This document shows positions 45,013-57,770 of a stretch of 64,000 nucleotides of DNA, in pieces. A program made the position numbers and the translations under genes. The notes below the pieces were generated by a model. The model was not told where the DNA came from. It searched no databases and was given only the letters and a program-made list of their open reading frames with translations. How positions within the stretch are numbered: position 1 is the first letter of the stretch; each line of letters starts with the position of its first letter. The DNA is from Octopus vulgaris (taxonomy: Eukaryota), in the NCBI GenBank assembly GCA_951406725.2, contig OX597825.1:84940001-85004000 (forward strand). Direction: 5' to 3'.

Positions 45013-45179
45013 AATATCCATGATTTGTGTGAGCGTGATGCCAAGATGAACTACTACTGGAGAGGATGCTTTCATCACTGGCCTCACCGAGTTGTCGTAA
45101 TTATCCATCAGTTTGTAGAGTAACCTTTGTTCATCTGTCATAATGATGTCCTTCTCGATCGGTAATCGAGATGTTATCT
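45013..45179 (-). CDS. Nicotinic acetylcholine receptor alpha-type subunit, internal exon A (N-terminal helix and beta1, 167 nt)
   Basis: Translates as ITSRLPIEKDIIMTDEQRLLYKLMDNYDNSVRPVMKASSPVVVHLGITLTQIMDI, matching the Cys-loop N-terminus pattern E.RL...L...Y....RPV. Acceptor tgtcatttcag| (phase 1) and donor |gtaagt (phase 0). Confidence 0.93.
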
Positions 45180-45437
45180 CTGAAATGACATGGTGGATGG
45201 AATTAGTTATAATTGGTTGGAGGAATTTAGCTAGCAAATGATTACCGTTAAATTACATTCAAATCAATTACAGAACACATTCATACGGTATAGTGACTCG
45301 GCTGCAAATATACATATACGCATACATACACAAATACATACATACATTCATACATACTCACACAGAAACATAAATGTACACACATACATATGTATATTTA
45401 TATTCATATATTTGTATCCATTTATTTATGTATTATA

Positions 45438-45506
<69 letters not shown>

Positions 45507-45554
45507 GTGTGTGTGTGTGTGTATGTGTGTATATATATATGAATATTTATTTAT

Positions 45555-45592
<38 letters not shown>

Positions 45593-45762
45593 ATGTAATA
45601 TGTGACATCCACGCCACCATCTCTTCAACCAGAGTTTTATCTTGGCTACCGAATAATCGTCACATATTACATTTACAGATAAATTCCTCTATTTACATAA
45701 TATTGAGGTCTCTTTCTTTCTTTTGTTATCTTACCGTTTTTATCAATATATATATATATATA

Positions 45763-46856
45763 TAGTCATCCCATAAAAAATGAGGTTCTTTTATACCTCT
45801 TTTTTTCAAATATAAACAAAGTTCTATTTTAATCTAAAATATACTCTCCTTCATTTTCTACAGTGCTCTTCCATCTATCTGCTACACTTGTAACGCCCCT
45901 CTTTCAAAATTCACTTGTCTATGGCGAAAAACACCTCGTCTACAGAATTTAAATTGTTTCCCGTCCAAATGATTTTGAAGACTGCGGAATAAATGATAAT
46001 CGGATGGGGTAATGTCCGGGGAATATGATAGGTGTAGCATCGTTTCCCATTCAAACTGCTTCAGCTTTTCGAATGTGATCGAGCATTATCCTGATGGAAG
46101 AACACCTTTCGACTTGAAGCCAAAGATGGTCGATTTTCTTCTAGCACTGACTTAAGCCGCTCAAACTGCTTGCAGTAGATCTCTTTTGCTATCGTTTGAT
46201 TTGGATTTAAATGTTCAATGTGGACTAAACCTTTCATACCCCACTAAACAGATAACAACACCTTACGTGGGTGCTTGACATTTTTATATAGAATCCATTT
46301 CTCGTCACGAGTCTCTATTCAGTAAAACAAGAGGCTCATTTGTGAGACGTGACAGTAAAGAAGAGCATACATTCACACTCTGCGCGTGATTAGAAGTTTG
46401 TGAGGAACTCATTGTCCAAATTAGCTGACTTTTCCGATGGCACACAGGTGTGGATGAATGGTTGAATGACCAAATCCAACCTTCTCTGCTAATTCCTCGA
46501 AATCTACAAATCTTCCAAGACGAAGATCGTCTCTTAGGCTGTAGAATTTGGTTTGGAATTTCTGGTACCAGTGTTTCAGAAATATATTGCATTAATATTC
46601 CTCGCATTTTCCGGTGCATTGTTGCCTTTATTGAATTCATAAAGCAAAATATGATCCTTTGTCACTTCTATTATAGCTTTGTAAAAATAACTGTTAGAAT
46701 CGAACTGCACTCTTCAAATCTTGCACTACGAATAAGTGAATATGGTAAATTGACTAACTGCTTTTATAACAAGTTGATGCCAGAAGCTTATCTTGTTCCC
46801 ATCCGACTTTTAGTTTATGCAATTGAAAAGACCGCATTATTTATGAGATGAACCAA
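45763..46856 (-). mobile_element. Degenerate mariner (DD34D-type) element with both TIRs, about 1.1 kb
   Basis: Minus-strand frames give FHQDNARSH and WETMLHLSYSPDITPSDYHLFRSLQNHLDGK. TIRs gtcatcccataaaaaatgaggttcttt and aaagaccgcattatttatgagatgaacc lie in TA context. Multiple stops and frameshifts. Confidence 0.88.
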
Positions 46857-47929
46857 TATATATGTACGGAAATATAGATCGAAATATAGAGATAGAGTTT
46901 GAAAGAAAGAAAGAAGAAAGAGAAAAAGAGAGAAGAGTTCATTTTTATCTTCTTTATGATGTATTTGGATTTCTTGGCGATTTGGTCGTTATTTCTTTGC
47001 AGCGTTTTCTCCTTTGATCCTCTGCAATGTCCGGAAATATATTGATAGAGAATGCAAAATGACATTCGTTTGTAACACGTCTGCTCAGTTCCAATAGATA
47101 ACTTTTTGGCAGTCGTTCTTTAGTGCAACTGAAATATATTTTCTGAAATGAATTCGAATCCTAGAAATCTACAAAGCACGGATTCGAAGAAAGTTTGTCG
47201 ATAGACAAAGTACACTTGATGACATTTATAGAATTCGTGATGCATAAGTGAATAGAAATTTATATATGAAACCAGGAAGATTAATCAATCAGACAAAAAG
47301 AACTGATTAGAACCAACAAAGAAATAAACAAAAGACATATATTTAAAAGAAAAAAAAACATATGAGAATGGAAAATTGGAAAGAAATATTATTACGTGCA
47401 TCGTTTGTCACGAGAATTGTAGTTAGAGCAGAAGAGAAAATATAAGCTTGGTTGATCATGTGATAAAAATATCAAAGTATATAACACCATAAACTGTGCT
47501 TTACTATGTACATAATAACCGAGTGGAAAGAAAAATAGATATCATTAAATTGTAATTTTAGTTTGGCCAAAAAACTGTCAACGACACAGGAGAGAGAAAG
47601 CCGTATTTTATTTACATCGGAGCGCTGTAAGCGACAGAATGGCGGATATTTATTTGACTGGTGGATATTAGAAATGCGGTACATAAAAAAAAGTTTCCTT
47701 TTGTTTTCAGGAAGATTCCGGCTTTTATAATAACCATTACACAAGAATTCGTCGTAAACTCCTTCAATAAACATCGTTATGATCAGCTTAAAAACTTTGC
47801 CTCAATAATGTGAGTGATAGCAGTCGTAGTGGTAACTGCGATGGTGGTAGAAGCAGACTTTCCAGTGAAGCAAAAAATATGTTTTGGCTTCTTTCATTGT
47901 TCTTTTTCACAGATTCCTAACATCCATCG

Positions 47930-48130
47930 ATTTCAAATTTTGACACGAGGCCAGCAGATCTGGGAGAGAAGCTAAGTCGACTACATCGACCTCAGTGGGA
48001 CTTATTTAATCGACCCCGAAAGTATGAAAAGTAAAGTTGACCCAGACGGCATATGAACTCAGAAGGTAAAGACGGACGGACAAAATAGCCTCAAGCATTT
48101 TATTCGGTGTCCCTAACAATTTTGCCGTTT
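47930..48130 (-). mobile_element. SINE family B copy
   Basis: tcgaccccgaaag.atgaaaagtaaagttgacc..tgaactcagaa. Confidence 0.7.
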
Positions 48131-48329
48131 CCAGATTGCTAATATTAAGCTAACGATGGTATCTCCTGACAGAATCGATAAAGTCTGTTATTTAGATAAG
48201 GTATGTAGTTAATTTAGTCGACCCCTGTATGGGTCTGCTCTTTATTTTGCCGTTCTGTGAAGACTAAAACATGAAATCAACATCAGTGCAATATTAATAA
48301 ACTCTATGAAGTAATGACAGTCAGCTTTT

Positions 48330-48475
48330 GCGTTCTGAGTTTAAATTCCACTGTGGTCGACTTTGCCGTTCATCCTTCGAATTCGATAAAATAATTAATA
48401 GCCGAGCATAGGTTCGACGAAGTCCGTTTACCCCATCCTCCAAACCTACTGGCGTTGTATCAAATTTAGAAACCA
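48330..48475 (+). mobile_element. SINE family B partial copy
   Basis: cgttctgagtttaaattcc..ggtcgactttgccgttcatcc. Confidence 0.7.
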
Positions 48476-48650
48476 TTATTGAGTGAGAGAGCAGCGCATG
48501 CCATTCAAGTGACGCTGGGATACCAATATACGAAGTCCAATATTCCCATCATGACCACCCGTCTGATAAGAGTACGCCAGGCACATGCTTCACAACCATA
48601 TATGTACGACATGGTGACCTCATATCAAGACAAACAGCGGATGATCTTTC
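48476..48650 (-). mobile_element. Fourth copy of the (TAA)-tailed element found at 29016-30030
   Basis: attattgagtgagagagcagcgcatgcca..aagtgacgctggg is the reverse complement of its 3' end. Confidence 0.8.
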
Positions 48651-48810
48651 AGCTGCTTATGGTTAAGCAACTGGCAAGCAAATCCACGTTATTCAGTAGA
48701 ATATTAACTGTAACCCATTATTTGCGCTAAGACAAAACATATATTCGCATTTCCAATAAGATAAGATCAGAAACCACGGGTGAAATTGCCTGATATTGAA
48801 CCAGGGCATT

Positions 48811-49075
48811 TATTACTTCGGCCTCGGCGAAGGCGGAGGTAATGTTTTTCAGTCGTGTCGGTTTGATTATTTGTTTGTCCATGGACAAAATATCTCAAGA
48901 ACCGCTTAATGGAATCAGATGAAATTCTCAAAGAAGACTTGACCTTGTGACTGACACGAACGGATTTGATTTTGGGATAGATCCAGTACCAGACAAGGAT
49001 TCTAGATCAGTTTTACTGTATTTTTTTTTAGTTCATTTTTGAGAACGGTCGAGTTCATTTTTAGTATTCTCGTTA
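48811..49075 (+). mobile_element. Possible Helentron-associated (HINE/DINE-like) element
   Basis: A tttattacttcggcc..ggcggaggtaatg head with a short inverted repeat, followed by gtttgt repeats and atctcaagaacc..atgaaatt. Family assigned from recalled structure only. Confidence 0.5.
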
Positions 49076-50770
49076 CTTAAACACACGCACACGCTTATTA
49101 GTTCAGATCGTTCCATCCACCCTGAATTACCCGGGATCCCCATTAATAATGAAAATTTAATGATTATCCCCAAACCCACACAACCAATAATTGGTGTTGA
49201 TAATTCCACCCTGATTGGCTATCCTACACATTATTTAGTAATTATGATTTCCTTCACCCACACTGACTTGGCTCAATTCTCTAAATAGTTGAAATTGAAA
49301 ATTTCAACACCCCGGATGGTTCGTTATAGAACTTGCCAATTCCTGTTCGATAAATGGTGTCAGTCTTCTGCAGATGAACAACTGGAATGTTTGGAATAAA
49401 ATGAACAACTAAAAGACGAATTTCACCTCTCTGTTGTTTCACTTTATAATAGATTCAATTATTCCAGAACTAAATGGAAATGAAGAACCATTTGTTTGAA
49501 TTTTGTCGTTTATGGTTCCAGCAGTGAGACAACGAATCCATTAGCTGCATTATCTAGGGAAACTATTGTTGATTTGAGTGAGTAAACTGCATAAAGTATT
49601 TGGCATGACGAGAGAAAAGGAAAGAAACGGAAAGACGTTTGAGGTGAAAGAGAAAGAAAAAGAAAGAGTGAGAGGAAGATAGATGATTAGTAAAAGATAG
49701 AGAAGAAAAAAACGAGTGAAAGAGTGTTAGATAGAGATGAAAGGGAGAGATAGACGAGATAAAATCCGAAGAACGTGAGAAAATGGTGACGGGAGGAATT
49801 GGGTCAGAAGGGAGAAGGTGAGCTGAATTGAAATTCAGAAAACGATGAAGTTTAGAGATAGAGAAAATGATGAGTTAGGAAATAATAAAGAGTGGTTGTG
49901 GGAGAGAATAGTTTGATGATAAAAGAAAACAGGTGATACGTGAGAGGGAGGTGGAATGGGGAGAAAGAGGCAGAGTGAATGGAAGGTGGGTGAGAGGTGA
50001 TTGATGGGGGAGGGATGAAAGAAAGAAACAGAGACAGACCGAGAGAGAGACAGAAAGACAGATAAACAGAAAAGAGAGAAGAAGGAAGTAGAGAGAGATA
50101 TAATTGAATGAATAACAACAGAAGACAAAGAAAATGTGATAGGGATTTAGCGAAAGAAGTAAGGGAGAAGAACTGGAGTGATAGAATCATCAAAACATGA
50201 GTGAGAGAGAGAGCAAGAGAGAGTAAGAAGACGAAAAGTAGGGGGTAAATAATGAATAAGGAAGGACTAGTAGTCTAGTAGAGATAAACTAAAGTGATAG
50301 CAAAGATGGTCGTGGTGATATTTACGACATCAATGAATGTTGCAATAAATAAAATTTCAGAGCTGCAATATTGTGGGAGATATCATCTTGGAGGATATTC
50401 CTTTATAATGTAAATAAGTGAAGAAATATAAGTGCTAACTTTAATCCCACAACGTTGCAGTGAATGGTATAAGTATGATTAGCGCTTCGTTCAGAAGTGT
50501 TAAGCATTTAAAGAATAAAACAGCTCCTCACTAGGAAGATAAATGAGGTGATTGTAATTTCGTTCCAACATGGGAAATATCAGAGATAATTAATTCGGCT
50601 GTTAACCTGTTCTGGCAAAATTTCAATTCGCTAAACAATCCGAAACATCGTAAGAGAATCAATGAGGAATCTTCTATTTGGTTATTCGACCGGCTACAAA
50701 CAGTAAAGATATTTCCCTCAAATAATTATCTACAGTGAAAAACAAAACAGGGATGAGTGCTATAGATATA

Positions 50771-51505
50771 TGTTATGGGGATAATAGTAATAATGGAACA
50801 CCCCGTCCACTTGACGAATATGTGTGCTAGTCACTACAAATATGGTGACGCCGAGCAACCGTCAGAGGTAGTCGGTCATAGATAGATAGTCGTGTCTTAT
50901 TTGTCTAACTATACTGCTATGCTGAAGTGGGCATTTAACGGTCCGACAGAGGATTACAACAGTGGTGATGAGGAATTAACAAACTCACGAGGATTAAACA
51001 AACTCATTAAGTGTTACGAATCTCACAAAGGTTTTTTTGTGTGAATTTTACAGGACACAAAATCATAAAATTATGGAAACTTTGTTGGCCGGTTTGCTCG
51101 AGTTGTAAAAACAACTGAAAGAACAACAAAAAACAACAAATGTTGCAATTGATGAATAGTAAGTCGTCAAAAATTCTGAAAAGATGTTCTCGTCAGATTA
51201 TGTTGCAATATAAAACCGGAATTTAAGTATAAAGTATAATGCAAAATGGTGGTGGAAAATCGTTAACGCATTTTGATCCAAAGCTGGATATATTATTGGC
51301 TATTATTGGATATATTATTGGCGAGTGATTACGGTGTAGGAGCCATAAGTTTGCATAAATACGACGATGGGAGTAAAAAGTCTATAGCCCATGCGTCACG
51401 ATAGTTATTACCAGCTTAAAGGGACTACAGCCAAATAGAAAAGGAAGCGTTAGCAATCGTATCTGGTGTGAAAAAATTCTATATATTTATTCATTGAAGA
51501 AGTTC
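50771..51505 (+). mobile_element. Ty3/Gypsy LTR retrotransposon remnant (PBS-like site and RNase H)
   Basis: ctaca-aata-TGGTGACG resembles an LTR end plus PBS. Translates as LTHFDPKL..ASDYGVGAI..IAHASR*LLPA*RDYSQIEKEALAIVSGVKKF, with stops. Confidence 0.8.
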
Positions 51506-52629
51506 CGGTCCATGTTAGTTATTTAACGGATATTAGAAACCCTAAACTCAAAGAGACTTGTGAAACTACCATGAACAAGTGCTCACCCCCATCCTCGGCA
51601 GACTTTCAATTCATATCCTAATCAGATAAATACATAAAAACTGTCTGCTCCAGCCTTGCTTGATTAGAAGAGAAAACAGTCGATATTCTTTATTAAGTTG
51701 TATTGAAACAACCATTATTAGGAATCTAAAATTTGCCTCAGATAATTTAATTCCGAAGGCACCGATGACGGCAATATTAACCGCCAATGGTTCGTTAATA
51801 TGTCTTTATAACTAAATCAATCAAGCATTATTTATGATTGCATTCATCTAATTTTGATTTGCTACATATGGAAAACTAATTCTATTTTAAGGAAGAATTT
51901 CTTCGGTGTTTAGACATCGAAATATTTACCAACCATTTTCGATTTAAATTGCCTAAGATTCTGTTTATCGTTTATAAGAATAACATGTTATAAGTTTCCA
52001 ATATCTGCTATCATGACTATGCACAATAAAGAGAACCCTTCCTTATTCTACAAATACAAAGATACCAAAGGCGTATCGTTTATTTATTGATGTTTATTGT
52101 ATATTTGTTGTGATCTATCTCCTTTTTGGCAGGCCAGCGAGGGAGCAGTCAGCTGTGTTTCCTTCAAGTTCTACCCAATCACAATTAAGAGGAAGAAACA
52201 TTCTAAATAATCTGGTTTTGAAGAAACAAAACGATGGTCAGAGAAGAAATGTTTTGAGTATATTCTACTCAATCAAGCATATACTGAATTTAAATATGAA
52301 CGACCAGGAAACGAAGAACCTCTCTAATCTGTAAGTCAAATACGTCACCCGTATTCTGTATGATGACTAGCCAACTGTTCATTTCCTTTCACCAAGTCAA
52401 TTCAATGTTTTGGCATCAGCTACAATTTCGCAATAAAATATACGATTATTTATCAAAAGAATGTTGTATTTTCCTGGCGTTTAAGTATTTGTTACCTTAG
52501 TTGAGCTGTTAAAACCTAATATATCAGTGGATCGTTCAATTCAAATAATTAAAATAAATATCAAATCTAACATTTTCGATCAATTGGTTTATACTGCTTT
52601 TGCACAATTATATCATTATGAAAATATTA

Positions 52630-52840
52630 GTTTCAAATTTTGTCACATAGACAGCAAGTTTAGGAGAGGGAATAAGTCGATAACGTCGACCCCATTGCTC
52701 AACTGGTGCGCATTTTGTTGACCAGACGATGAAAGGCGAAATCGTCCTGGGCAGTATTTAAATTTAGGACATGAAGACAGACGAAATGCCTCTAATAATT
52801 TTTCTCGTCGTGCTAACACTTCTGCCAGCTCGCCACCTCA
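52630..52840 (-). mobile_element. SINE family B copy
   Basis: gacgaaatgcc...gtgctaac..ttctgccagctcgcc. Confidence 0.7.
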
Positions 52841-53956
52841 TCAATATGAAAATATTATTTAAACAATTCTTTTCATTGATTAAATATTTTCGTTCGCAGT
52901 TGAGATCTTTTCGTCACAGATACTGAGGAGATTGACGGCGTTGACATCTTAAGTGATTCCTGGAACGGATGCCAACGGAGGAAACTGCATGGTTAATGGA
53001 TTTCCAACAAATCTCCCCAACATTATATTTTATCGTGTTAGTAATGAAAGGACTTATTCGAAAATGCAGTCAATGACATGCAAATAGAAAAAACGATGGT
53101 GGTGGGAACATTGTCGATCCTAAATCGACTTGATCAGAAGAGAACAGACTTATGATTCTCTTCAAGCTCAAAACTACCCGTAAACGATTAGTGCATACGT
53201 CCATGCACTATTTTGATGTATTTTTTATGAGTAAGTTATAGTGACTAGGGTCAATAATGAATTAGTTTGCGAGCGCTAGGTTAGCAGAATTGGCGAGAAT
53301 AACGAACAAGTCTTGTAAAATTTAGTTATGCTCCTTTAAATCGTAATGTACGACCCCACCGAGACTTAATTTTCTTTCCTTTGTTTCTGGGCCAATAAGA
53401 TATGAATCAAAAATCTTATAGTTTAATGTGTTCTAACCTGAAAGAAACTGGCCGTGTTTCTATTCGATTATCTAGCGATTGATACAGCTTCCTTGAAGGC
53501 CATTGTTTGCAATCTACACAAACACACACACGCACACTTCATTAACATTTAAAGCTTTCCTAAAGTGCCAATCACCAAGGAAGCGAAATATCTCTCGCCC
53601 TCCTCGTCTTCCTCCATCTTCCTTCCGTTGAAGTTGGATATTTTAAAGAATTTCTTTTTGGTTCTCTTCCTCCATGAAGAGATTTTCTCCAAGATACTAA
53701 ATTGGAACACACAAATACAAAGCATTCGTAGCAGCTGCTTCGAGAATGAGAACACATTGGTCACGTTGTTGTTGTTGTAGTTGTTGATAGTGATGATAGC
53801 GAAGAGTATAAACACGGTACAATACGAGAAAAGAAAAAAAAACGGGAATTCAGAGCTGGAGCGAAGAAGTGACAAAAGTGGCGATAAAAATAACTGGAAA
53901 AAAATCCAAGAATTGGTAAAATGGAGTGCAATACGAATACAACAGAGTAGGGTAAA

Positions 53957-54431
53957 ATGATGATGATGATGATGATGATGATAGTAGTGGTGGTGGTTGT
54001 GTAGAAGAAGAAGACGACGACGACAAAGAAGAAGTAGAGGAAGAAGAGGTAGTAGTAGTAGTAGTAGTAGTAGTAGAAGAAGAAGAAGAAGAAGAAGAAG
54101 AAGAAGAAGAAGAGGAAAAAGAAGAAGCAGCAGCAGTAGTAGTAGTAGTAGAAGAATAAGAAGAAGAAGAAGAAGAGGAAGAGGAAGAAAAAGAAGAAGA
54201 AGAAGAAGAAGAAGTAGAAGAAAAAGAAGAAGAAGAAGAAGAAGAAGAAGAAAAAGAAGAAGCAGCAGCAGTAGTAGTAGTAGTAGAAGAAGAAGAAGAA
54301 GAAGAAGAAGAAGAGGAAGAGGAAGAAAAAGAAGAAGAAGAAGAAGAAGAAGAAGAAGAAGAAGAAGAAAAAGAAGAAGAAGAAAAAGAAGAAGAAGAAG
54401 AAGAAGAAGAAGAAGAAGAAGAAGAAGAAGA
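53957..54431. repeat. Compound (GAA)n/(GTA)n/(GCA)n array
   Basis: Direct reading. This is the source of the poly-R and poly-F ORFs. Confidence 0.95.
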
Positions 54432-55109
54432 CTACAATCTCCACTCCATCACAGCAAAACACAGCAAAGAAACAGGCGACGCTATTACGTTTATGATAAT
54501 GGATTTCACATGGAAATTAGTGAAAGTGAAAATTGCATAAAATGGAATTTAAATCGTATTAAACCGTCGTAAATCGTATTAAATGATACAACGTCAGTAA
54601 AGGTAACATAATGATATTTCAATGTGACAATTTAAATTTCTTTCTTTGATTGAACTAAATGCAACCTTCAATGGTGAGTTAAACTTTACTGTTGATAGGT
54701 CGTTGCCGTTGTTGTTGCTGTTGTTGCTATCGTTGTTGTTGTTATTGATGATGTTGTTTTTTGTTCTTTTTTTTATTGTTTCTTACTGTTTCTGCTGTTG
54801 CCTTTTCTGGTTCTTGTTGTTGATTGGATGTCAATTAAATCTGCCGTTATTTCCATAATTATCGTTTCGATTTCCATCTTAATCAGTACATTTTGAATGG
54901 ATATCTTTGATACACGGCTGAAAACGTGGATGTAGGAAAGCTGATATTCAAGGCTATCTACTCCTATTAGGGATTCGAGTGTAAAGAAGTGGGGTGGGGG
55001 CGCAAAGGCTGTCAATTAGTTTAATTGTCAGCATTTTCCCGACTCCCTTATGTTTGTATTTAAATCCCGCCGAAGTAAATTTTTTCCTTCCATTATTTTG
55101 AGGTTGATA

Positions 55110-55223
<114 letters not shown>

Positions 55224-55479
55224 AAGAAGAAGAAGAAGAAGAATAGTAATAATAATAGTAATAATAATAATGATCTGGTGGAAATATTAGAAGGATGTTT
55301 TGCAAAACCTGTTATAAGTCTTTGCGTCCTGAAAGGAAAGATTATATCTCGTCACAATAGAGATACAATTTGAGTGTTAATAATAGGTTTATAGTCGGTT
55401 TTGACTGCTATTTCTATACTGGTAAGGGTTTTGCAATCCTCTCCATTATAATTGCGATTTATTCATAATTACAAACATT

Positions 55480-55531
<52 letters not shown>

Positions 55532-55553
55532 AGAGAGACATATACTGATAGAT

Positions 55554-55599
<46 letters not shown>

Positions 55600-55752
55600 G
55601 AAAAGCTTCTTTCCGTTTCCACCTACCAAATCCATTCACCAGGATTTGATCGGTCCAAGGTTATAGTATAAAACTCAAGGGGCCAAGCAATGGACTGGAT
55701 CCGGAAGCATGTGGCTTGGAGAAGCGAGTTTCTTACCACACAGCCATGCTTG
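55600..55752 (-). mobile_element. SINE family A 5' half
   Basis: cttccgtttcc.cctaccaaatccattcac...cttaccacacagccatgc. Confidence 0.65.
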
Positions 55753-56195
55753 CATTTTGTTCAAATCTATTTCCTAATTGATAAACATTTCTGGAATGTT
55801 CTTCTCACTTGTAAAAAAAAAATAGTTTTATTTAGTGAAAACTGTATCTTGAAGTCACTTGTTTTCTTCTTATAGAAATGGTAACCTTTTGACTGGTGAG
55901 GAACTAAAAGTACAATTGTTGAATTCTAATTTTGAGGATTACGGATTATGCATCGAGATTTTGTTGCTGATAGAACGAACTGGCAACAGGTGCGAAAAAC
56001 ATCATTGACTTTTGTTTAAAATATAACTAAACAACTTTGTAGATAATGAACAGCAATCAACCAGGCAGTTTGTTGCAACAACGAGCAGAGAATAGTGAAA
56101 AACAGCATCAGATGTGAGCAGAAGGAAGACATTTTCCGACTTCCTACTGTTATCGCTACTACAGCTACTGTCACCGCTGTTGCTGATGCAGCATC

Positions 56196-56249
<54 letters not shown>

Positions 56250-56262
56250 TGTTGTTGTTGTT

Positions 56263-56300
<38 letters not shown>

Positions 56301-57569
56301 TAGTTTGTTGATGGATATGATCTTATCATTTGTTCTTTTGCTAATTTTTTGACAGACGAGTGATGTAGCATTAACCACAGCCTTGTTTTGTATATTATTT
56401 CGCACATTAAACTGTATTGTTTCTAAAGATCACAGGGTATTTTGTTTCCCTCGGTACCCACGAACAAGAAAATACCATATCTTCATCTCCTTCATATAAA
56501 GTGACTAGTTTTCACTCACTACAGTGCGTGTGCGCGTGTGTGAGTGTTTGTACACTTTCATATTTGTCCTCTGCACATATTATTTCGTGTCTGAGAAAAT
56601 GAAAATATTTCGTGTTTTTCTAATTTCATTTCGGGTTTTGCTATGACCACAGAAATACAATTTACACAAAGACACGAAATATATATTTCATTTCGTGAAA
56701 TGATTCTACATAATTTCGTGTGACCAAGTTTCCTTTAAGAAATGAAACATTTTGAATACTACTGTAATCTTTCAGCCCAACTGCATCTTCAATAATAATT
56801 ATTCACGCGTGCATAAATTTATATATTTTTTCTCGCATTACTAACGGAAATGAACATCGAAGCCTTTCTATCTGCTCCTATTTTTACGATCTTTATCTTC
56901 TGTCATCTCTTTGTCATTTCTTCACTCGCATTTTTTTCTGTCTTCCTTTCTGGATTTAACTGAAATTTATATTTAAATCATTTGTCTAATTAGCATCAAT
57001 AATTAATCACCAATTATTTGTGCATCAGGGATATTCATCAATAACTGATCATACCTATTGAATTATAGGTGAAAGCATCGCGACACAACTCCTCCTCTAG
57101 CTCCACCCAAAGCAGTGAAGTGACAGAAACACCGATATTTTACTAGAACGATAACGTTCATTCTAAGAGGCCGTTTCACTCTGCCTTACCTAATTACAGT
57201 AAAGTTAATTAGGAGGTTAATCATTAAATGTCTAAGGACCTATCTAACGTTCTCTTTATTCATATATCTCTTACTCTCACCTACGTGAATAATTATGACT
57301 AAATTTGTTTCATTTTGAACGCAGAATGCATTTTTCACATCTTTTATGCCGCAAACAGTGTTGATGGAGAGATTTCCGAATCAGGAAATTCGAGTGATGC
57401 TGAGGTTCAAGTTGTTTTCTTTTAGGTAGAGCTATTACTTCATAACGAGGTGTCTCAGTGATAATGAAACATTACTTCTAAAACCTAGAATGAACAGATG
57501 GATGATATATTTCTTCAATTTCAGCAACAGCACCTCATTCCTGATAACTTTATTTGAAACCAATATGGC

Positions 57570-57770
57570 GACAAAGAGTCAGAATCGTTAGCATTCTGGG
57601 AAAAATGCTTAACGGAATGTCGTCCGTCTTTACTACGTTCTGAGTTCAAATTCAGTCGAGGACGGCTTTGCTTTTCATTGCTTTCGAGTTCTTTAAAACA
57701 AGTACCGGTTGAACACCGGGTTAGATGTTCCGAAATTGTTGGTGCTGTACCAACATTTGAAACCAAAATT
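57570..57770 (+). mobile_element. SINE family B copy
   Basis: cagaatcgttagca..aaatgctta..tacgttctgagttcaaattc. Confidence 0.7.

Noticed and set aside
44899-45237. ORF as a stand-alone gene with a TTG start
   Set aside because: Homology is confined between splice sites 45179 and 45013, and the flanks are intron read-through.
49610-50260. Purine-rich stretch with hydrophobic minus-strand ORFs
   Set aside because: Low-complexity GA-rich sequence. The S/L/F-rich translation is a compositional artefact.
57189-57230. Possible first exon MINLLINFTVI with donor gtaagg
   Set aside because: The donor is phase 2, but exon A needs phase 1, and the peptide is too short for a signal sequence.
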